NCBI GenBank assembly: GCA_019828565.1
Contig: JAHDYR010000041.1
Coordinates: forward strand, 37,615 to 101,614
Origin: Carpediemonas membranifera BICM
Lineage: Eukaryota; Protista; Fornicata
Direction: 5' to 3'
DNA length: 64,000 nt
This document shows positions 55,892-64,000 of the stretch, in pieces. The position numbers and the translations under genes are program-made. Position 1 is the stretch's first letter, and every line of letters starts with the position of its first letter. The notes below the pieces were generated by a model that was given only the letters and a program-made list of their open reading frames with translations, was not told the DNA's origin and searched no databases.

Positions 55892-57951
55892 ATGCAGGGA
55901 AAAGAGAACAACCAGATGAGAGTGGAGATACCAGATAAGATCAGGGAATCCGCTCAAAAAGAGTGGGACACGATTAGAGAGCTACTAACGGACTACTTGA
56001 TGGAAGAGAAGGGCACCAGAACGCTACTACTGCGTCGCGCAGAAGATTTTTCAGGGAGATCGTTCGGAGCTAGCTCCAGAGCACGAAAAGAGGTGATACT
56101 GAATGCGAGGAGAGTGCTACGTGCCGCAGGGATCACCAACAACAGAGACGAGATCCTCCGTAACCCCAACGGAATCCTAGGGCTTCGAGACATCTTCTAC
56201 GCAATGACAGAGGCCTTAGACCCGAGAGAGGACGAAGAACGGCGCCTAGCAGAGGCCAAGGAGAACGTCACCATCCAACCAGGGCACAGGGACATGAGCA
56301 AGTGGCCTTCCGACCACAAGATCGAAGAGGCCATCCTCCAACCGAGAGAACAGAGCAACATCGAGTGGGACAGTGAGAGAGACAGCATTGAGGGCAGAGA
56401 GACGGGCACATTCACGCTCACATCAGGGTATGGAGATGAGAAAGCCGTCGAGGCAATCGCAGGAGAGGAGGTGTGGGACCCCACTAACCAGGGCCTGGTC
56501 ACCAGGATCGCTATGGAGCAGGACGATGGCACCTACAAGGTCCTCATCGACATCAGAGATTGCAGAGCATGGCAGATCACCAGATTCATGGAGGAAGGCA
56601 GGGACATCCTCAGGTTGCAGGCCCCGGAGGCGCCGGCGGTCTGGCAGGCAGCTTGGTGCAAGACAGGAGTCAACACGGAGGGCAGAGGCGCAATAAGGGC
56701 ACAAGGACAGGAGACGCCGCTCAGCAACAAGCTCGTCTTCTCTGACGTCAGGGCCAGGGTGATCAATGCCACCAGCCGCCGCCAAAAGAGGGACAGGGAA
56801 GAAGAGTCAGACAACGAGAGCGGCGCACAGACCAGCCAAGAGGAAGACCCCAAACCCAAGGTCGTGTTGACACAAGCGGAAGGAGTGAGCGCCAGAAGGG
56901 GCCTTGGAGCCGAGCTTGATCAGCAGGAAGAAGAGAGCATACCCCGAGCATCAGAGGGAAGTGCATCAGCAGGGAGCCTACCGGAGGCATTGCAGAGTCA
57001 GGGTCAGAAGAAGCTCATCCTCGGTTCTATCGACTTCGAGTGTGGAGATCCTGGGAGTGAGAGGGCAGGGATCAGTGCGGTGCCGACAGAGGGGGGCTCG
57101 TGCTAGTGGACGTCGAGACGGGGGAGGTCGTTGGCCATGGCCACGGCCTCTTCTATGAGCCCAACCTGCCGGCCAACAAGGTGGACCAGAGCAGATACGC
57201 GACGTGGGCAGTGACGGGGATTCCCCCAGCGACGTTCGTGGAAGTGGACACAGGGGAGGTGCCGATGGACTATCAGCAGCACTTCAGCAGATTTAGAGAG
57301 TGGGCCACGCGGCTCGCAGCCAAGCTGAGAGACAGAGAGACCAGGGAGAACTGGAAGCTAGTCCTTCATGCCAAGGGCGTCCACATGGAGAAGTTCCTCC
57401 TGACGAACGAGGTCAACGGGCTCAACAGGGACACCAGGGACTTCTTTAGAATGAGGCTGGTGGACGATAGCGAGCTGGCCGACGCCATCGAGGAGCTCGC
57501 CCCGGATAAGGCAAGAGAGTACAGGGCAAACTACGAGATCAAGAACTACAGGGAGATGGCAGATATATGGGCCAGCCAATGGCAGCGCAGGGAGCTCACG
57601 AAGGGGGCCTGTCCGTACCACAGGCACACTGCAGGGTGCTACCATTGTGCGCTGGCAGATGCAACGTTGTTCGCGGCGAAGGTGTGGGGCATGATGCTGA
57701 AGAAGATGAGCACGCCGGATCTGGAGAGTGCGATGGGTAACGCTTTCAACAGCATGTATGACACGGTCAGGGACGCAGGGGTATTCTTTGAGAGTGATAG
57801 TGACAGTTGTGAGTTCTTTTCTTTTAATCCAACCCTGGCTCCCACCCAGGGTCCGGCATTAGCTGAAATGCACTGCCGGTGGGCTGTGGCGGCAGCCAAA
57901 GGGGGGGTCACGCCAATGCGCCCCCTCCTAAGTATCCCTGCCCGAAGGTAA
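55892..57951 (+). CDS. Non-LTR ORF1: unknown N-terminal domain plus Maelstrom-like DEDDh nuclease (one indel in the G run near 57095)
   Basis: IDFEC..PTEGG..VTGIPP..HAKGVHME..CPYH..HCALAD; the copy near 2020 reads through this junction in frame. Confidence 0.82.
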
Positions 57952-58085
57952 GGATGGTCACCAGGGTAACCCATAGTTGGCCCGCCATGGGTAACCGGAG
58001 CCGGCACGAAGGCCCCGTGACGGGACAAGGGCAGATTGCAGGGAATTTCCGAAAATTCGCAGGATAGGAAAGACGGAGTACAAGA

Positions 58086-59681
58086 ATGGAAACGATCAAG
58101 ATAGCGAGCCTGAACACTGAGGGACACATCGGGAAGGGAAAGGACTTCACGGCCTCAATGGCAACGGCTATAAGGATGAAACTGAGCGACACAGATGCAG
58201 TATGCATCCAAGAAACGTGGAGGACGGCGAATACGAGGGTACACAACTTCATAGACTTCGACTACGCAATGGCAGGGAAGGAAACAGAGGAGGAGCTAGC
58301 TATGGACAACGAGAGGAGGAAGAAAGAAGCCCAAAGCCAGCGCCGAATAGATGCCCAGCTGGGCATAGCAGGGAGCAGTAGCCGGACGCCCAGGACGAGG
58401 GGTACTAGAGAAGGAGTGGGCACAATCATCAACCCAAGAGCAAGAGGGAGCTGGGACGTAGGCATCACAGATAGCTTATCAGGGAGGATACAGGTGAGCA
58501 TACTCAGAACCCATAGGGACATCCTGGTGATCAACGTGTATGGCCCACCGGTCGGCCACGGAAGGGAGGAGAAGGACGAGTTCAGGGACGGAATAAGGAG
58601 CATTCTGGAGATGAAAGGAGAGATGGAAACAATCATCATAGGGGACTGGAACCTCGACCCCAAAAGGATAGCCACAATGGCAAGATGGAAGGACCTGATC
58701 AGGGACTATAAGCTGGGAGCAGTGATCCCCATGGAAGGTACCCTCACCAAGGGAACTACCACTCCGGACTTCGCGCTGGTATCATCAGGGATCAGAGGAG
58801 CAAGGATAGAAGTACTGGATGCTAGTCGACTCGGAGTCTGGGGGTCAGCCCACAACATGATAAGACTGGAATGGAGGGAACAACGGATCCAACGGACTAC
58901 AAAGAGAGAGGAAGTCCTAGACATACCGGGCGTCAGAGTGTGGAACATGAGGAAGAAGGCTGAACGCACATCAGTCAGAAGACTGCACCGTTTTAAGAGC
59001 CTGGATGAGTGGGAGGAGGATATCAGGAAGGATATGGGCGAGCCGTCAGGTCACCCAGGCAGTGGAGACAGGGAAGAGGTCATCAAAGAAAAGGTGTGGT
59101 CGGAACTCCGGCACACACCATGGACAGAAGAGGGAAACAAGACCAGAAGTGAGATCATGAAGCGTGAGCTACAGGCCTTCTGGGGAAAACGCAGGGAAGA
59201 GTGGATCCAGGACCTCAGCCGGAGCGCGAAGGAAGGATACAAAGCATCCAGGTCCATGGTGGAAGCAGCGGTAAGAAGATGGTGGTGTGAAAACCAGTTC
59301 AAGGGCATGCCAGAGAGCATACTGAAGGACGGGAAGATTACCACCAACAAGGAAGAAATAGGTAAGATCCTCCTACAACAGTATGCAGGAGTGAGCAGGG
59401 GCAGGGAACCGGAGTGGAAGGATAGAGGCAATGGAAAGAGGGAGGACGAATTTAAGGAGAGAGAAATACGAGAAGCGATCAGAAGGACAAAGAGGGACAC
59501 TGCACCGGGACCGGACCACACTACAGGGGACATGCTCAGGGACACAGATGACCAGGGGATCGCTCAGATAACTAGGCTCATGAACAGGGTATACAGGGAG
59601 GGCAAGATCCCGACAACATGGAAGTATGTAATCCAGGGAAGAGTGGGATCAAGGAGAGATACAGGGAACTGGGAGAGATGA
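58086..59681 (+). pseudogene. Non-LTR ORF2: APE endonuclease and pre-RT region, truncated
   Basis: SLN, IQET, NVYGP, GDWN, PDF, SAH (usually SDH); APGPD..IPTTWK, then no RT motifs. Confidence 0.92.
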
Positions 59682-60640
59682 TGACCGGGGATGGAAAGGA
59701 CGAGGGCGAGAGCAGGGCAAGGGCTAGAACACGGGAGAGGGCAGGGCCAGGGACAGAGGAAACCCATCAATTGGATGGTTGCACCACTCACGGTGAACCT
59801 AAGGAAACTGCAGGGACTGAGCATGGGATGCGGGGGGACATGACGTCCCCGCCGCCCTTGTGAACGATAGAGGGACGCTGGGAAGTGTAGCACAAGAGAA
59901 CTATCATAAGGGGTACTAGGCCTTGCGGATCTAGAGTCCGTGTTAGCCCTAGCCCACGCCGCCTAACAGGGGTAGATGAGAGGGACTTAGTTGCTTTCCC
60001 CGCCCACGGGTAGGCCACTTAACAGGGTCGTGGGGGCACTGAACAGGGAATCTGGAAAGAGGAGAGGGTGCCATGCTTGAACGACCCCGTAGGGACTGCA
60101 GGGAATCAGGGAGTGCTATAGAGAAGGTCTTGCAGGACAAACCTGCCTGTGGAAGCACCGAGGACAGACCCCCAGGCTCCCTGGAAGCTGCCGGGTTTAC
60201 AGGGAGACAGGAAAGCGCTCAGCGCACGGAGATGGCGAAGGCCTATGGGGGGAAGTGAAATCGGGAGTGAGCGGAAGCAGTAGCACCGAATCGCTCGTTG
60301 GACGCAGCTGACAAGTTCAATCGCAGGGAGGAGGCAGCGCCCCGGGGAACTCGGCTCCAGTAATAAGGGAGATCAGCCTAAGTAACCGGGGCCCGATACC
60401 AGGCACCATAAATTTTCTTTCTTTCTTTCTCGTTGCGATCATCTTCCCCGTTCACTCTTTCGCCATCGACTCGTGTTTCGGCCACCACACGAAGTACTCA
60501 GACCTCAGACAGGAGGTGGAGGTAGGCCGCTGCAAGGGCATATCGAGTACACCCTTCCCATTTTTTTTCGTCCTTCGCCTCCTCCTTCTTTTCGACTCAT
60601 CGCTGGGTCGTGCAGGTTAAGACCCATTCAGTGAAAAATA

Positions 60641-60670
60641 TGGTGACTCCGGGGGTCGAACCCGGTTCCC
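60641..60670 (-). other. tRNA 3'-half-like fragment (T arm and acceptor strand)
   Basis: ccggg-ttcgacc-cccgg-agtcacc-a followed by tattttt; no matching 5' half. Confidence 0.5.
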
Positions 60671-60755
60671 TGAAGGAAGATCCTCGACCATCGGATGGGT
60701 TTCTGACACAATTTGCAAAGTGGCTTTAATACTCTCGGTGGGGGGGGAGGGGTAG

Positions 60756-60863
60756 TGTCGCAATACCGTATTAATATTTATATATTGTATGGGTGTCGTC
60801 TTGGTCCTACTTGGTCCGAGACGACACCAGTGTGTCGAAATAAATTAGCGCATCGTTACAACA
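60756..60863 (+). repeat. Element B 3' LTR
   Basis: Identical to 35236-35343; preceded by ggggggggaggggtag. Confidence 0.95.
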
Positions 60864-61428
60864 CGGTTATACTCATTTGACCGTGATCATAGACATGTGC
60901 AGTCGCTGGATCGAGCTGGTACCCGTCAACGGCACCACGGGCGAGGCTGCGGCCAACGCCTTCGTCAACAACTGGGTGCTACGCTTTGGTTGCCCGGAGG
61001 TCCTCCAGTCAGACGGTGGTCCGGAGTTCAACAATCAGCTATTCCACAGACTCGCGACGGAGATGGGCTTCGAGACGCACATTACAACACCACACCACCC
61101 CAGTCGAACGGCATGGTGGAGCGTGTCAACAAAGAAGTCCTGCGGATCCTGAAGGCGAGGAGATTTCACTTACACGATTCCAACTGGATACGTCACCTAC
61201 CAGCAGCCTGCTTTATCCTCAACTCTACCCCTAGAATCCCGACGCGGTTAACCCCCGCTGAGTTAATATTTGGTTTCAATCTCAGGATTCCAGACAAGAT
61301 ATTCTTGACCGACGTAACTATAGCGAGCGCGAAACAGTACCATCGCGCGTCAGCTGAGGCAGCCATACAGCTCGCCAAGGCGAGTGCTCAAGCTATGAAG
61401 GAAGACGCGTGGTCGAAAGCGGCCTCAT
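60864..61428 (+). mobile_element. Element C integrase, 3' continuation
   Basis: Joining at cggt gives FPEADG-YTHLTVIIDMCSRW in frame. Confidence 0.93.
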
Positions 61429-61505
61429 GAAAGAAAGAAATTTACGTTTGCCTGGTATCAGGCCCCGGACTGAGCTTGCTTTCCCATTATCCTGGAGCTG
61501 AGTCC
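61429..61505 (-). mobile_element. Extreme 3' fragment of the (TTTC)n-tailed non-LTR family
   Basis: gaaagaaagaaattta..ccccggactgagcttg..ctggagctgagt matches about 36094-36165. Confidence 0.85.
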
Positions 61506-63945
61506 ACTTACCTCCCCGACGAGAAGACACTACGCCGCACTTTCATCCGCGGACTGTCCCCAGATTCACTGCGCCGCCGGGTCAAGGCCTCCGAACCTGA
61601 GACGCTCGCCGACGCCAAGCGTGCCGCCTTCCAAGAGGTCGAGACCTTGGCTGAGGCCAAGCGCACCATCGCCGAGTTCGGTCAGCCCGAGGTCCCGCGC
61701 CCTCAGGCCACACGTCCGCCTCCGAGCTTCCACCCCACTCGTCCTCACGCTACCGCAGCGCCTGCTCCCCACTTCCCATCCAACAAACCAGACAACCATA
61801 AGCCTGCCGGTACCCCCTGCCAAGCCGCAGCCTGTCTGCCATGGATGCGGCCTCTCCGGCCACCTTAGGCCTGACTGCCCCAACAAGTCCAAGCCCGGCT
61901 TCTTCGCTACGGGCCGCCGGACGACGCCCATCTCTCTGAAGATGGCAACAAGCGGACCAGTCATGCGCCTCAGCACCAACGTACGAGCCTTCGCGCCCGT
62001 CGGCTCCCCTGCTCCCCAGAGCACCGACCGCGTCGACGCCCTGGTCGACACAGGCGCCTCCTCATCCTTCATCAGCCCAGTGCTGGCCAAGTCTCTGGGC
62101 CTGGTCATGATCCCCTGATGAGCTCAAGATAAGCACGGCCAATGGCATCGCCACGTCTGCCCATCGCACGCTCCCTTGACATCAAGGTCAACAGGTCTCC
62201 CCACTCAGTCGGAGGTACTATCAGCGCCCACGTCCTCAACACCGGTGAGCCCCTCATCCTTGGGTTCGACGTGATCCAAACGTTCAACCTACTGGCTCCT
62301 CCCGCGACTGAGCCTCAGGACCTCGGCGAGGTTACACCCCTTGACGAAGATGGCCAGATCGAGCTCGATGAAAACGTCGCAGCCCTCGCTCGCGAGTTCG
62401 AAGACATCTTCGGTCCCATCCCTCGTGAGCCTGCCAAGGTTCAGCCTATGGAGATCGCCGTCACGGACGAAACTCCGACCCACGTTCCCCCTCGCCGGCT
62501 CTCCCCGGCCATGACTGAGGTCATCGATCGAGAGGTCGAGGCCCTCCTTGAGGCTGGCATCATCCGCCTATCGGAGTCGGCTTACTCCGCCCCTTGCTTC
62601 GTCGTGCCAAAGACGAACGGTGAACATAGGATGGTCGTAGACTACCGCCTCCTCAACTCAGTCAGCCGCGACTTCCGATTCCCCCTGCAGAACATTAAGT
62701 CCATCTTGTCTCGCCTGAATGGCAGCAAGTACTTCACCACGCTTGACCTGCGCAGTGGCTACCACCAGTTCCCCCTCGACGCAACAGCTGTTCCTCGGAC
62801 TGCATTTGCCACGCACAACGGCCTGTACGAGTTCGTTAGAGTCCCCTTCGGTCTCAAGAACGCGCCTTCCTACTTCCAGCGAGGCATGATGCGGATCTTT
62901 TCTCCACTCTTGGGCCGCGGGGTCGAGTGCTACCTTGATGATGTCATCGTACACGCGTCTACGATCGAGGGCCACAACTCCCTTCTGCATCAGGTCTTCG
63001 AACTCGTCCGCGCCCACAACTTACGCCTGAAGCTGAGCAAGTGCGTCTTCCTCCGCACCGAGCTCGAGTTCGTCGGCCACACGGTCTGCTCACAGGGCAT
63101 CAGCATCTCCAGCTGGCGCAAGGAAGCCCTCGGCTCAATGACCGTTCCGTCAAACCCCTCCGAGCTGCGAAGCTTCTGCGGTCTCGCGAACTATTACCGT
63201 GACCATGTCGCAGATTTCGCCCGTATCATGGCTCCCCTGTACGACCTCTGCGGCTCCAAGACCGTTTTCGAGTGGGGTGAGTCCGAACAGACTGCTTGGG
63301 ACACCGTCAAGCGCGCTATCGTCCAGGCACCCCTCCTATCTTTCCCAGACTACTCGAAGCCCCTGGTGATCAAGACCGACGCTTCTTCGCTCGGCTGTGG
63401 CGCTCTCCTCGCGCAGCAAGATCCCGTCTCCGGCAAGGAGGCACCTGTCGCCTTCGTCTCGCGCCGCTTCACGATGACTGAGTCAGCTTGGGCCACGATC
63501 GAGCAAGAAGCATATGGAATCTTCTTCGCCATCACCAAGTTCGATCCGTTCATCCGAGGCCAGTTCTTCGAGGTCCAGACCGATCATAAGAACTTGATCT
63601 ACATGTCGCGCAGTGAGACCCCGAAGGTCGTGCGCTGGAGCCTCCGTCTCCAAGAGTATGTCTTCGTGATTCATCACATCCCCGGCCTCGACAACGCGGC
63701 CGCAGATGTCCTCTCGCTGTCTCAAGGCTGTCACTTCCCTGTCTGACCATCATGTGGACATTGAGTCCGTGCATGGTCCCGTCGCCGGCCATATGGGCGC
63801 CGTGACCACCATGGAGCGCCTCAAGCTCCGCGGCATCGAATGGACCAACATGCTGGATGACATCAAGGGCTTTATTGCCTCATGCCCCATCTGTCAGAAG
63901 GTCCGCGAGACAGCCAAGAAGACGACTTCTACCCTGGGTGTCCAC
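61506..63945 (+). mobile_element. Ty3/gypsy element E (gag CCHC, protease, RT, RNase H, integrase HHCC), frameshifted and truncated
   Basis: CHGCGLSGHLRPDC, LVDTGA, YLDD, KTDAS, GHMG..CPICQK. Confidence 0.93.
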
Positions 63946-64000
63946 AAGCAAAAGCGTTTGTCCAGGGCTTCCAGTAACCTTAACCTTAGCAATAATACGT

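Larger units (their letters stand above)
55454..60429 (+). mobile_element. APE-type non-LTR retrotransposon, RT core deleted, (TTTC)4 tail
   Basis: ORF1, structured spacer, APE ORF2, long 3' UTR, tail at 60414-60429. Confidence 0.88.
35236..60863 (+). mobile_element. Chromodomain-bearing Ty3/gypsy element B, LTR to LTR, swollen to 25.6 kb by nested insertions
   Basis: Identical 108-bp TG..CA LTRs, 4-bp TSD cggt (35232-35235, 60864-60867), G-rich polypurine tract (PPT) before the 3' LTR. Confidence 0.9.

Noticed and set aside
57085-57106. Programmed frameshift or separate gene for the nuclease domain
   Set aside because: The break is in a G run inside the domain, and the diverged copy reads PVEGGIVLIDVD in frame
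57809-58067. Intron (GTGAGT donor) fusing ORF1 to ORF2
   Set aside because: The nearby AG acceptors I tested give a stop codon before the ORF2 ATG
62114-62140. Hammerhead ribozyme core (CTGATGA)
   Set aside because: Lies in the protease coding region, with no GAAA core partner or supporting stems

Overview
Eukaryotic (protist-like) DNA in three zones. (1) 1-8.6 kb: degenerate mobile-element debris, including a non-LTR ORF1 copy, a Ty3-like gag/protease remnant, a GNAT fragment and two copies of an unknown CxxC protein family. (2) 8.6-32.3 kb: a compact block of housekeeping genes (SRP19, NAD kinase, SNAREs, Trm8, prefoldin 1, RPL4, Ran, RuvBL2, CSTPP1, THADA and others). It uses the standard code and ~30-nt GT-AG introns, has WGTRAA motifs near many stops, and 18 of 19 genes lie on the minus strand. 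A fornicate/metamonad-like host is inferred, not proven. (3) 32.4-64 kb: a nested retroelement island with five Ty3/gypsy elements (three with a visible integrase chromodomain) and an APE-type non-LTR family. The nesting can be read from target-site duplications (TSDs). Best candidate for a new system: the non-LTR element's ORF1 carries a Maelstrom/arenavirus-NP-like DEDDh nuclease with an E-C-H-C zinc site. Also notable: an LTR element with an antisense ORF ending in a second chromodomain-like module, and two LTR families with a 12-bp palindrome where the tRNA primer-binding site (PBS) should be. All protein calls come from motif recognition by eye; no searches were run. Many single-base frameshifts may be sequencing errors.
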